Assembly (NCBI GenBank): GCA_016186115.1
Contig: JACPMK010000001.1
Location: 1-35,317 of the forward strand
Direction: 5' to 3'
From: Candidatus Wildermuthbacteria bacterium
Lineage (GTDB): Bacteria; Patescibacteriota; Minisyncoccia; Minisyncoccales; UBA10102
DNA: 35,317 nt
How positions within the stretch are numbered: position 1 is the stretch's first letter; the number at the start of each line of letters is the position of its first letter. The notes beneath the pieces were generated by a model that searched no databases, was not told the origin of the DNA, and worked only from the letters and a program-made list of their open reading frames with translations. Made by a program: the position numbers and the translations under genes. Shown here in pieces: positions 7,900 to 17,405 of the stretch.

Positions 7900-9429
7900 A
7901 TGAATCCTTTTATTCTACTGGCGGTAGCATGTTTGACGCTGGCCATAGGAGCTATTCTTGGGTACTTTGCTCGTCAGTCAATTGCCAAGAGGCAGGCGGG
8001 CACAATTGAACAAAAACTCCAAAAGCGCATTGATGAGTTCGAAAAGGAAGGCGAAGCGATTATTGCAAAATCCCAAACCGAAGCGCGGGAAGTTTTAGAG
8101 TCCGCAAAAACGGAAGAAACCGAACGCAGAAAGACATTGCTTGCCGCAGAGCAGCTTTTGTTAAAACGCGAGAGTGCCATTGAACGCAAAGCATCAGAAT
8201 TGGAAGAAAAAGAAAAAAAACTTAAGACCAATGCAGACCAGATCGAGAATATTCAAAAGGAAGTTGAGGGGTTAAAAACAGAAGCATTGCAAAAGTTAGA
8301 ACAGGTGGCAAAGCTTTCACCCGAGCAGGCAAAAGAAGAATTGTTCAGCCGCGTGGAAAAGAAATACGAACAAGATATTCTGGGAAGAGTCCGGAAGCTT
8401 GAGCAGGAAGGCGAGGAACGCTTCGAGCGCAGGGCAAAAGAAATATTGGCATACGCAATTCAAAAAACAGCAGTTTCCCAGAACCAAGAAATTACCACCA
8501 CGACAGTAGTGCTTCCTTCCGAAGATATCAAAGGAAAAATCATTGGCAAGGAAGGAAGGAATATCCGTTCTCTGGAGCGTCTTGCCGGCGTTGAAATTAT
8601 TGTAGACGAGACCCCAGAAGCAGTAGTTATTTCCGGGTTTGATCCGGTGCGCCGTCATATTGCAAAGATCGCCTTGGAACGGCTCATCAAAGACGGGAGA
8701 ATCCATCCTGCCAGAGTGGAAGAAGAAGTGCTCAAGGTTCAGGCAGAAATTGAGACGCAAACCAAAGAAGCAGGAGAGACAGCGATCTACGACGTCGGTT
8801 TGGTGGGGGTAGATCCAAAACTTACTCATTTGCTGGGCCGGTTAAAATTCCGCACCAGCTATGGCCAGAATGTATTGCTTCACTCCATTGAAGTTGCGCA
8901 TTTGGCCTCGGCGATTGCTTCGGAAGTTGGAGTGGATGCATTAGTTGCAAAGAAAGCCGGCTTATTTCACGATGTTGGCAAGGCCTTGGATCATCAGCTT
9001 GAGGGTTCGCATGTGGAAATCGGGATTCGAATTTTGGAAAAGTTTGGAGTCGAAAAACCAGTGATCGACGCCATGAAATCGCATCACGAGGATTATCCCT
9101 ATGAATCGATTGAAGCGGTTATTATTCAGACGGCAGATGCGATTTCCGCCTCGAGACCCGGCGCGAGAAAAGACAATCTTGAAAATTATCTCAAGCGCAT
9201 TGGCGAATTGGAAAAAATTGCGGCAGGGTTTGGAGGAGTGGAAAAGGTGTATGCAATCCAGGCGGGAAGAGAGATTCGGGTCTTTGTGAAGCCAGATGAC
9301 GTGAATGATTTAAGTGCGCAGCAGCTTGCCCGCGATATCGCAAATCGTATCGAGGAAGAATTGCGCTATCCCGGAGAAATCAAAGTTACCCTCATTCGTG
9401 AAAATCGTTTCGTCGAATACGCCCGGTAG
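7900..9429 (+). CDS. rny: Ribonuclease Y
   Basis: N-terminal TM helix, coiled coil, KH domain (KGKIIGKEGRNIR), HD domain (RTSYGQNVLLHS, HDVGK). Confidence 0.98.
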   Translation: MNPFILLAVACLTLAIGAILGYFARQSIAKRQAGTIEQKLQKRIDEFEKEGEAIIAKSQTEAREVLESAKTEETERRKTLLAAEQLLLKRESAIERKASELEEKEKKLKTNADQIENIQKEVEGLKTEALQKLEQVAKLSPEQAKEELFSRVEKKYEQDILGRVRKLEQEGEERFERRAKEILAYAIQKTAVSQNQEITTTTVVLPSEDIKGKIIGKEGRNIRSLERLAGVEIIVDETPEAVVISGFDPVRRHIAKIALERLIKDGRIHPARVEEEVLKVQAEIETQTKEAGETAIYDVGLVGVDPKLTHLLGRLKFRTSYGQNVLLHSIEVAHLASAIASEVGVDALVAKKAGLFHDVGKALDHQLEGSHVEIGIRILEKFGVEKPVIDAMKSHHEDYPYESIEAVIIQTADAISASRPGARKDNLENYLKRIGELEKIAAGFGGVEKVYAIQAGREIRVFVKPDDVNDLSAQQLARDIANRIEEELRYPGEIKVTLIRENRFVEYAR

Positions 9430-9469
9430 TGCAGCTCCCTTGGACAGGCTTAGCCTGTCTACAATAGGA

Positions 9470-9506
9470 AAAAGAAAAACTGCCTCAAAAAGGCAGTTTT
9501 TCTTTT
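9470..9506. terminator. Bidirectional intrinsic terminator between rny and tRNA-Gly
   Basis: AAAAGAAAAACTGCCT-loop-AGGCAGTTTTTCTTTT. Confidence 0.8.
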
Positions 9507-9507
9507 G

Positions 9508-9578
9508 AGCGGGTGATGGGAATCGAACCCACATGGTCAGGTTGGAAACCTGATGCACTACCACTGTGCTACACCCGC
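9508..9578 (-). tRNA. tRNA-Gly(TCC)
   Basis: Cloverleaf; anticodon arm TCAGG-TT-TCC-AA-CCTGA. Confidence 0.95.
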
Positions 9579-9618
9579 GCCTACGCCAGCTATCGCTGGC
9601 TTCGGCGGGTAAACCCGC
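9579..9618 (-). repeat. REP-like palindromic element
   Basis: Minus strand CCCGCC-GAA-GCCAGC-GATA-GCTGGC-GTA-GGC, plus GCGGGT-AA-ACCCGC. Confidence 0.6.
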
Positions 9619-9649
9619 TAGAGTCAGCAAACTCTGGCAATAAATTTTT

Positions 9650-9723
9650 TGGTCGGGGTGTCCAGATTCGAACTGGAACTGCATCCTCCCAAAGGACGCG
9701 TGCTACCATTACACCACACCCCG
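9650..9723 (-). tRNA. tRNA-Pro(TGG), CCA encoded
   Basis: Anticodon arm CGTCC-TT-TGG-GA-GGATG. Confidence 0.93.
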
Positions 9724-9784
9724 CAAATCAGGTATGTTATAGCATTTTTGCCTTGCAGATTCAATGTATGGTATACTCATTATA

Positions 9785-10774
9785 ATGATTACCTTTCACG
9801 ACGTCTTGGCTCAGTTAACGTTCAACGATCAGTGCAGGAAGTTTGGAATCCCCTTGTGGCAGTGCCCGCATTTCTTGTTCTTTGTCATGGGCATGCTCAT
9901 TATTGTCTCGATTCTTATTGCGTATGCACTTGGTTCTCAACTGGTGGATGATCCTTTCGTTGTGAATCTTATTATCCTTGGCCTGACCGCTTCTCTTATC
10001 ACGATCGCATTCATTATTACTCACTCTTTTGAAAAATTAGCAGAAGCAAACCGTTTAAAATCAGAGTTTGTCGGTATTGTTTCCCATCAACTTCGCACTC
10101 CTCTTACCAACTTCATCTGGGCGCTCGATTTTCTCAACACCGAGGCAAAGGAAGATGTCACCGAGAAGCAGGAGGGGTATTTTCATATTCTCGAGGCCAA
10201 TGCCGACCGGATGAAAAATCTGGTAAACGAACTTCTTACGGTTTCCCGTATCCAAGAAGGAACATTGCCTTTGTATAAACAAGAATTTTCTTTTGTGCAG
10301 CTTGTCAACGTAGTGGTTTCAGAATTCAGCCCTTTAATTCGCGCTTCTAATATTAAGCTTGTGGTAGAGGGAGGTAGCGATCTTCCCAATGTGTACAGTG
10401 ACCCGGCCCGACTTCGCAATGTGGTTTCGAATTTGCTGGACAATGCTATTAAATACACCAAAAAAGCAGCAGACAAATCACAGAACCAGCAGGAACAGCC
10501 GGTGATTACTCTTCGGTATGAGGCCCGTGGCGACAAACTCTATTTTGAAATTCAAGATCAGGGAATCGGCATCCCGAGAAATGATGAAAAATATATTTTC
10601 CAGCGATTTTTCCGTTCCAGCAACGTGCTTAAACATGAAACACAAGGATCGGGACTGGGCTTGTACATTGCAAAATCAATTGTTGAAAAGGCAGATGGTG
10701 AAATGGGATTCCATTCCGAAGAGTACAAGGGGTCGACCTTTTGGTTTACCGTACCTTTTGCAACCCATGTATAA
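9785..10774 (+). CDS. Membrane-bound sensor histidine kinase
   Basis: Two TM segments, H-box SHQLRTP, N-box NLLDNAIKY, DQGIGI, GSGLGL. ATG 9785 chosen because TGn-TATACT lies at 9772-9777. Confidence 0.93.
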   Translation: MITFHDVLAQLTFNDQCRKFGIPLWQCPHFLFFVMGMLIIVSILIAYALGSQLVDDPFVVNLIILGLTASLITIAFIITHSFEKLAEANRLKSEFVGIVSHQLRTPLTNFIWALDFLNTEAKEDVTEKQEGYFHILEANADRMKNLVNELLTVSRIQEGTLPLYKQEFSFVQLVNVVVSEFSPLIRASNIKLVVEGGSDLPNVYSDPARLRNVVSNLLDNAIKYTKKAADKSQNQQEQPVITLRYEARGDKLYFEIQDQGIGIPRNDEKYIFQRFFRSSNVLKHETQGSGLGLYIAKSIVEKADGEMGFHSEEYKGSTFWFTVPFATHV

Positions 10775-10786
10775 AAAGCAATTATT

Positions 10787-11170
10787 ATGAAAACAATTCT
10801 TTTTGTTGAAGACGAGTCAGCATTGCAAAAAACATTTGAAGATACATTAAAAGAGCAGGGATATTCCGTAATTCATGCGCTTGATGGCGAGACAGGGCTG
10901 CGTTTAGCAAAAGAGAAAAATCCCGACTTGGTGTTGCTCGATCTTATCTTGCCCAAGATGAGTGGATTTGAAGTATTGGAAGAGCTTAAACAAGACAAGG
11001 CCACCAAGCATATCCCAGTGATTATTCTTACCAATCTCGAAGACATGCAGAACGTGCAGAAGGCAGTGGATTTGGGAGCTACAACCTATCTTTTGAAATC
11101 AAGTTATCGACTTGAGGAAATTGTATCAAAAGTTAAACAAGCATTAGGAGAAACCCCCTTTTCACAGTGA
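10787..11170 (+). CDS. Single-domain response regulator receiver (CheY-like)
   Basis: VEDE, LLDLILPKMSG, ILTN, LLK. Confidence 0.93.
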   Translation: MKTILFVEDESALQKTFEDTLKEQGYSVIHALDGETGLRLAKEKNPDLVLLDLILPKMSGFEVLEELKQDKATKHIPVIILTNLEDMQNVQKAVDLGATTYLLKSSYRLEEIVSKVKQALGETPFSQ

Positions 11171-12924
11171 CACGCGTTGAGGATCAACAGCTCAAGGCAT
11201 TTCTCAAAGATGCCGGACTGGTGGCAGATAAACAACTGAAAGAGGCAGAGAAAAAAGCGCACAAAGCCGATCTTTCTCTCGGCGATGTTTTGGTCGCAGA
11301 AGGATTTATTTCTCAAACGGACCGTTCCAAGACAGAAGCGTATATTCTTGGGATCCCATTCGTGAATCTCGAGAATAAAAAAATTGATCCTGAAATTTTG
11401 CGCATTATTCCGGAGCCCATTGCCCGTTCCCACAATATCGTCTCTTTTCGCAAGAATGGAAAAAATTTGGAGGTTGCAATGCTGGATCCCCAGGATTTAG
11501 TGACCATTGATTTTATTCGTAAGAAATCAGACCTCAAAATTTTCCCGCGGCTCACTACTCCCGAAAGTATTAAGCATGCGCTTCGGCAGTATTCAAAAAG
11601 CTTGGAAGCGGAATTCGGGGATATTATCAGGCAGGAAGTAACGGGTATTAAAGCCATTCAGCAGGCAGATATAGAAGAAGGGGCAGAGGTGGAAGAGCTG
11701 CAAAAAGCAGCAGAAGATCTTCCCGTGATCCGGATCGTGGATACATTGCTCAAGCACGCGGTACTGCAACGCGCCTCGGACATTCATATTGAGCCAACCG
11801 AAAAAGAAGTGCTGGTGCGTTACCGTATCGATGGAGTTTTGAGAGACGCGATGGTGCTTCCCAAGCAAGCAGCATCCGGAATTGTAGCCCGTATCAAGGT
11901 TCTTTCGAATTTGAAACTCGATGAGCACCGCCTTCCGCAGGACGGCCGTTTTAAAATTGAAACCGAGGACTACAAATATTCTATTCGTGTTTCTATTTTA
12001 CCGGTATTCGACGGCGAAAAGATCGTGATGCGTTTGCTTTCCGAAACATCCAAGGCCTATACCCTAGAGCAGTTGGGATTACGCGGCGAGGCATTGGAGC
12101 ATGTTCAGAGGGGCCTCAAGCGTCCGGTTGGCATGATTTTGATTACGGGCCCCACTGGCTCCGGGAAAACAACAACTTTGTACGCCATGATGGAAATTTT
12201 GAATACTCCCGAAGTCAATATTTCGACCGTAGAAGATCCAGTAGAATACCGTATGCTCCGCATCAATCAGACCCAGGTGAATCCGAAAATTGGACTCACG
12301 TTTGCCTCGGGACTGCGCTCTCTTTTACGCCAAGATCCAGATATCATCATGGTTGGAGAGATTCGCGACAAAGAAACAGCGGGCCTCGCAATCAATGCCG
12401 CGCTTACCGGGCACTTGGTGCTTTCAACTTTGCATACGAATACTGCCGCCGGCGCAATTCCCCGTTTGATTGATATGAAGGTTGAGCCATTTTTGTTGGC
12501 TTCCACCGTGAATCTTGTGATTGCGCAGCGACTGGTTCGTCGATTGTGCGAAGACAAGGAAGAGTACCGGCTTTCGCCACAGGATCTCGAACGTTTTAAG
12601 GAATATTGTGATATCGAAAAAGTAACCAAGACCATGCGGGAATCAAAAATGATTCCTTCCAACCGGACATTGCTGGACGTGTCATTTTATAAACCAAAAC
12701 CAAATGCAGAATCCCCTGACGGCTACCGGGGAAGAGTTGGAATTTATGAAGTATTGCCCGTGACCGAAACCATCAAGGGGTTGTTGGTAGAGCGCGCTTC
12801 TTCTGATCGGATTCAGCAACAGGCAGAACGCGAAGGCATGCTGACCATGATTGAGGACGGGCTATTAAAAGCAATCCAAGGCGTTACGACCATTGAAGAA
12901 GTCCTGCGTGTTATTAACGAATAA
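11167..12924 (+). CDS. pilB: Type IV pilus assembly ATPase PilB/GspE
   Basis: ASDIHIEP, RLPQDGR, GPTGSGKTTT, EDPVEY, LRQDPD, TGHLVLSTLH. Confidence 0.95.
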   Translation: MTRVEDQQLKAFLKDAGLVADKQLKEAEKKAHKADLSLGDVLVAEGFISQTDRSKTEAYILGIPFVNLENKKIDPEILRIIPEPIARSHNIVSFRKNGKNLEVAMLDPQDLVTIDFIRKKSDLKIFPRLTTPESIKHALRQYSKSLEAEFGDIIRQEVTGIKAIQQADIEEGAEVEELQKAAEDLPVIRIVDTLLKHAVLQRASDIHIEPTEKEVLVRYRIDGVLRDAMVLPKQAASGIVARIKVLSNLKLDEHRLPQDGRFKIETEDYKYSIRVSILPVFDGEKIVMRLLSETSKAYTLEQLGLRGEALEHVQRGLKRPVGMILITGPTGSGKTTTLYAMMEILNTPEVNISTVEDPVEYRMLRINQTQVNPKIGLTFASGLRSLLRQDPDIIMVGEIRDKETAGLAINAALTGHLVLSTLHTNTAAGAIPRLIDMKVEPFLLASTVNLVIAQRLVRRLCEDKEEYRLSPQDLERFKEYCDIEKVTKTMRESKMIPSNRTLLDVSFYKPKPNAESPDGYRGRVGIYEVLPVTETIKGLLVERASSDRIQQQAEREGMLTMIEDGLLKAIQGVTTIEEVLRVINE

Positions 12925-12938
12925 AGATGCGCTGATCT

Positions 12939-14162
12939 ATGCCCATCTATTCTTACTCAGCCATTTCCCATAAGGGAGAAAAAATTACGGGCAAGGAAAA
13001 TGCGAGCAGCGAGCGGGAGCTTGCGCAAACATTGCGCCAAAGGGGATTTATCCTCACTTCATTTGAAGAGGAGGGAGTAAAAATCAAAAAATCATTGCTC
13101 AAGGATTTTACTGGAGGGCTTTTTGGAGTAGGGCTCGTGGACAAACTTGTGTTCATACGAAACCTCAAGGTCATGGCTTCTGCAGGAGTTCCTATCCCCC
13201 GTGCTTTGGACATACTTTCAAAGCAAGTCAAGAAAAAAAAGTTTCGCGATGCAATTCTTGATGTGAGGGAGCGTGTACTAAAGGGGCAGGCGCTTTCTCA
13301 GGCAATGGAGGCATACCCGGATATTTTTTCAGAGCTGGTGGTTAATATGGTGCGCGTGGGTGAAGAATCAGGAGGACTCGAAGAAGTATTGTCTCATCTT
13401 GCGTTTCAGTTGGAGAGAGAGCATGACGTCAAATCAAAGATCATGGGTTCTTTGCTGTATCCTGCGGTGGTGATTACGGCAATGATTCTGATCGGGATTG
13501 TCATGCTTATTTTTGTGGTCCCTCGTATGGCCAGCGTCTTTGATGAGTTGGGAGTGCACCTGCCCATCACAACAAGAATTGTGATTGGAATCGGTCAATT
13601 CATGGCTACCAAGTGGTACCTGTTCTTCTTGGGATTAGGGGGAGCTGCTTTTTTCTTTCGGTGGATCTACAGAAAAACTTTCTGGGGGAAAAATATGGCT
13701 GGCAGAATTGTGCTTTCTTTTCCTATTATCTCTGGGATTGTGCGTAAAACAAATACGGCTTTTACGGCCCGAACCTTGAGTTCTTTGATTGCCGCAGGAG
13801 TTGCGTTGGTGCGTTCTATCGAAATCACTTCCCGCGTGGTGGGGAATGTGTATTTTCAAAAAGCGCTTCAGCATTGCGCAGAGAGGGTGCAGACCGGAGA
13901 AAAATTTTCTCAAGTATTAAAGCATTATGAAAATTTGTACCCCGTTGTTTTGATTCAGATGGTGGAAATCGGGGAAGAAACCGGCCAGACCACGGAAGTG
14001 CTTTCCAAACTCGCCGAATTTTATGAAGAGGAGGTAACGAATCTCACGAAAAATCTCACCTCTATTATTGAGCCGATTCTTATGCTGGTCATTGGAGCTG
14101 TGGTTGGATTTTTTGCCATTTCAATGGTCCAGCCCATGTATTCGATGCTCAGTGCTTACTAG
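12939..14162 (+). CDS. pilC: Type IV pilus platform protein PilC/GspF
   Basis: Two T2SSF repeats (GEESGGL, GEETG), YPAVV, IEPILM. Confidence 0.95.
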   Translation: MPIYSYSAISHKGEKITGKENASSERELAQTLRQRGFILTSFEEEGVKIKKSLLKDFTGGLFGVGLVDKLVFIRNLKVMASAGVPIPRALDILSKQVKKKKFRDAILDVRERVLKGQALSQAMEAYPDIFSELVVNMVRVGEESGGLEEVLSHLAFQLEREHDVKSKIMGSLLYPAVVITAMILIGIVMLIFVVPRMASVFDELGVHLPITTRIVIGIGQFMATKWYLFFLGLGGAAFFFRWIYRKTFWGKNMAGRIVLSFPIISGIVRKTNTAFTARTLSSLIAAGVALVRSIEITSRVVGNVYFQKALQHCAERVQTGEKFSQVLKHYENLYPVVLIQMVEIGEETGQTTEVLSKLAEFYEEEVTNLTKNLTSIIEPILMLVIGAVVGFFAISMVQPMYSMLSAY

Positions 14163-14170
14163 GCTTTTTT

Positions 14171-15082
14171 ATGCATGAGCCATGGCAGAGAAAAAAGATG
14201 CAGAATGGGTTTACATTAGTGGAACTTATGTTCTTTGTGCTGATTTTGGGAATTATTGTTGGTATGACCGTGGTCCTGTTTGCAAATCTTCAAAGGGGAT
14301 CAGACGTGAAACGTATCAGCGAAGATATGATTGGGATTCTTCAGTTGGCTCAAAGCAAAACCTTATCGTCAAATGGCGCAAGCAAATATGGAGTGTACTT
14401 TGAGACCAGTACGAACCCTCATCAGTATATTCTTTTTAAGGGCAATACTTTTAGCACGAGCGATCCCAATTCAAAAGAAATTTACAAGTTGCCATCGGGC
14501 GTAGAAATTTCTGCAATCAATCTGGGAGGAGGAAGTGAAATTGCCTTTGACCGTCTCACCGGAACATTGAATCCCTCGGGCAGTATCGCGTTACGATCTA
14601 TTGCAGACCCCTCTCTTGTCCAGACCATTTATATTGAGGACTCGGGCGTAGTGGGAATTGCAAGTTCTTCTGCTCCTTCTGATGCCAATCGTACCAAGGA
14701 TTCGCGTCATGTCCATTTTACCTATGATAGTATCTTGCGCCCTATCGACCCGGCCACAGAAAAACTTGTGTTGACGTTTGCCACAACAACCAAAGAAATT
14801 CTCCTGACGCAGAACATGCAGGCAGGCCAGATATATTGGGAAGGCGAGGTGGATGACGGCGGAGAAATTCAGCAGGTAAAAATTCATACCCATGCATTCA
14901 ATGATCCTGTGCTTGGAACCCGATTTTCCATTCATCGCGACCGGAGATTCAACACCAAACCTTTAACCATTGATATTGACGGGACCGTCGATCCAGATCC
15001 CGGTACTCTTATTCAGTACAATGCAAATGGTCAAACCAGCCAAGGAACTTCTATTTATGTGTCAGAACCAGAGCGGCAATAA
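14171..15082 (+). CDS. Prepilin-type N-terminal cleavage protein (minor pilin)
   Basis: G|FTLVE followed by a hydrophobic helix; alternative start 14198. Confidence 0.88.
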   Translation: MHEPWQRKKMQNGFTLVELMFFVLILGIIVGMTVVLFANLQRGSDVKRISEDMIGILQLAQSKTLSSNGASKYGVYFETSTNPHQYILFKGNTFSTSDPNSKEIYKLPSGVEISAINLGGGSEIAFDRLTGTLNPSGSIALRSIADPSLVQTIYIEDSGVVGIASSSAPSDANRTKDSRHVHFTYDSILRPIDPATEKLVLTFATTTKEILLTQNMQAGQIYWEGEVDDGGEIQQVKIHTHAFNDPVLGTRFSIHRDRRFNTKPLTIDIDGTVDPDPGTLIQYNANGQTSQGTSIYVSEPERQ

Positions 15083-15623
15083 CAAAGGCCTCGCCCGCCA
15101 TAGCTCATTTCAGCGAGCGAAGGCGGGTGTCCTCCTTATGGAAGTTATTATTGCAACTGCGCTCGTCAGCGTGGTCGCGGTAAGCATTCTTGGTCTTGCT
15201 GCGTTTGCATTGGATCAGAACGCATACGCCAGAGAGGCAACGCAAGCCGTTTTTCTTGCTCAGGAAGCATTGGAAGGAGTGCGAAATTTTCGGGATGGAA
15301 TTGCTTGGAATGCTAACGATCCTGCCAATGAATATGACGGGCTTGGCGTGGTAAGTACCGGAGTTCCTTATCATACAAAGAAATCGAACGGCGCTCCCCC
15401 TCAATGGCAGCTCATCCAGGGGCAAGAGGTAGTGGGCAATTTCACGAGGAGCATTCAATTTGATAACGTGCAGCGCGACGGAAATGACAATATTGTTTCT
15501 TCGGGGGGTACCACGGATGTCAATACAAAAAAAGCAACGGTAACGGTTTCGTGGCAGAGAAAAGGAGCAATTCGACAAATTATTCTTGCTTCGTATTTTA
15601 CGAATTGGAGTATAAGTCCATGA
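15057..15623 (+). CDS. Prepilin-like minor pilin (PilV-like)
   Basis: G|VLLME then hydrophobic helix; AVFLAQEALEGVR; start uncertain. Confidence 0.8.
   Translation: MCQNQSGNNKGLARHSSFQRAKAGVLLMEVIIATALVSVVAVSILGLAAFALDQNAYAREATQAVFLAQEALEGVRNFRDGIAWNANDPANEYDGLGVVSTGVPYHTKKSNGAPPQWQLIQGQEVVGNFTRSIQFDNVQRDGNDNIVSSGGTTDVNTKKATVTVSWQRKGAIRQIILASYFTNWSISP
15093..15128 (+). repeat. REP-like palindrome within prepilin leader
   Basis: GCCCGCC-ATA-GCTC-ATTTCAGC-GAGC-GAA-GGCGGGT. Confidence 0.65.
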
Positions 15624-16135
15624 ACAACAAAGAAAAAGGCACAACCATATTGGAGGTCGCTATCTATATTGCGGTCTTGGCGATTATTGTAGCAGCAGTC
15701 GGTTCCCTATTGCTTTGGGCAATACGTTCGCAGACAAAAGCGCGGGTACTCAAAGAGACCACGCTGTACGCCAGCAATGCCATGGACGCGATGACGAGAA
15801 AAATCAGGGAGGCGCAGAGCATATACGAGCCCACGACCTCTCTCAATCAGCTTTCTCTCGAAACAGCAGCCAATCCCCCAATTGATGAGAGTAGTACGTA
15901 TGTTGATTTATTTCTCTGCGATACAAGAATTTGTCTAAAGCGGGAGGGGGAAAATCCGGTGCCCCTTACTTCAGAAGAATTGGAGGTGCAGACATTGGAA
16001 TTTCGCGAGGTCACAACCACATTCATTCCTTCGGTTGAGATTACCCTCGAAGCACAATATAAGAATCCGTCTGCAAAGCCGGAACTTACGGCTTCTGCCA
16101 GAATAGTATCAACAGTTTCTTTCCGAGCATATTAA
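15620..16135 (+). CDS. Prepilin-like minor pilin (PilW-like)
   Basis: MNNKEKG|TTILE plus hydrophobic helix; ATGA overlap with upstream stop. Confidence 0.82.
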   Translation: MNNKEKGTTILEVAIYIAVLAIIVAAVGSLLLWAIRSQTKARVLKETTLYASNAMDAMTRKIREAQSIYEPTTSLNQLSLETAANPPIDESSTYVDLFLCDTRICLKREGENPVPLTSEELEVQTLEFREVTTTFIPSVEITLEAQYKNPSAKPELTASARIVSTVSFRAY

Positions 16136-16140
16136 TTCAT

Positions 16141-17388
16141 ATGTCTTTACAAGAGGTATCAGCAATGCAAAGGGGTTTTGTCGTATTTTTCCTTACTTTG
16201 GTTCTTTTTGGAGTTATTCTTGTCATTGTGCTGGGGATTGCCTTGATAAGTACAACCCAGCAGCGTGCTCTCGGCGAGACCATCCAATCTGCCAAAGCAT
16301 ATTATGCAGCAGAGTCAGGAGTTGAAGATGCCTTGCTGCGTTTATCAAAGGCAATGAATTGGTCGAATACGTATTCCTTTCCCGTGGAATCTACAGCCAC
16401 TGTAGACGTTGATATTTCTGACGTAGCAGCCGGCACAAGAACTGTCCTTGCAGAGGGAAATTCGTCAAGCAGGGTGCGAAAAGTCAAGATTATCTACGAG
16501 CTTTCAGCGGGCAATGCCCAATTTTTCTATGGCGCTCACATCGGAGAAGGAGGATTACGGTTGAGTCCCAATAGTGCGGTCTTCGGCAACGTATTTTCGA
16601 ACGGCGATGTGATCCAAGGGTCCAATGCGGGAATTAAAAATACGGTCGAGATTGCTGGCGCAGGTCATCGAATCTCGGGAGGATATGTCAATGATAATGC
16701 GTATGTGGATGTTTGCCAAAATACCAATGTGATCGGGGATTTGCATGCCAATAGCAGTTCGGGATGCGGTGCGTTTATTCCTTTGGGCGCCCCTCCTGCG
16801 TCCATTCCCCTGCCCCTTTCTTCTGCCCAGATTGATCAATGGAAGGCAGATGCAGAAGGCGGAGGGGTTATCGTCGGAGATTACACCGTTCCCTTTGGAG
16901 GAGGAGCGATAACGTTGGGACCTAAAAAAATAACAGGAAACCTTATTGTTCAGAATAATGCCGAATTGATTCTGACAGGCACTCTTTGGGTGAATGGGAA
17001 TGTGATCCTTAATAATAATTCATGGGTTCATTTGCACGGTAATTACGGCACCACAAGCGGCATGATCATAAGCGATAGCGTGATTACTCTTTCGGAGAAT
17101 AACGACTCTACGGGCTCTGGCCAACCCGGAAGTTACCTCATGTATATTTCCACTTCTTCGGCAAACCCTGCGATTATTGTGGAGGAGAATGTACAAGTCG
17201 ATATTCTGTATGCAGGAAATGGATGGGTTGACATAGCAAATAACGCCTCGGTGAGAGAAGTAAACGCATATGGAATTGAGCTTGGGAATAATGCCGGATT
17301 GTACTATGAGATCGGTCTTCAGGATGTGCTTTTTACCAATGGCCCAGGCGGAGGATGGACTGTTGCAAGTTGGCAAGAAGTAGAATAA
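16141..17388 (+). CDS. PilX-like pilus protein with beta-helix-like C-terminal region
   Basis: RG|FVVFF (no Glu5), AYYAAESGVEDALLRL, Gly/Asn-rich repeats, C-terminal WQEVE. Confidence 0.75.
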   Translation: MSLQEVSAMQRGFVVFFLTLVLFGVILVIVLGIALISTTQQRALGETIQSAKAYYAAESGVEDALLRLSKAMNWSNTYSFPVESTATVDVDISDVAAGTRTVLAEGNSSSRVRKVKIIYELSAGNAQFFYGAHIGEGGLRLSPNSAVFGNVFSNGDVIQGSNAGIKNTVEIAGAGHRISGGYVNDNAYVDVCQNTNVIGDLHANSSSGCGAFIPLGAPPASIPLPLSSAQIDQWKADAEGGGVIVGDYTVPFGGGAITLGPKKITGNLIVQNNAELILTGTLWVNGNVILNNNSWVHLHGNYGTTSGMIISDSVITLSENNDSTGSGQPGSYLMYISTSSANPAIIVEENVQVDILYAGNGWVDIANNASVREVNAYGIELGNNAGLYYEIGLQDVLFTNGPGGGWTVASWQEVE

Positions 17389-17405
17389 AAAGGTACAATA
17401 CAAAA

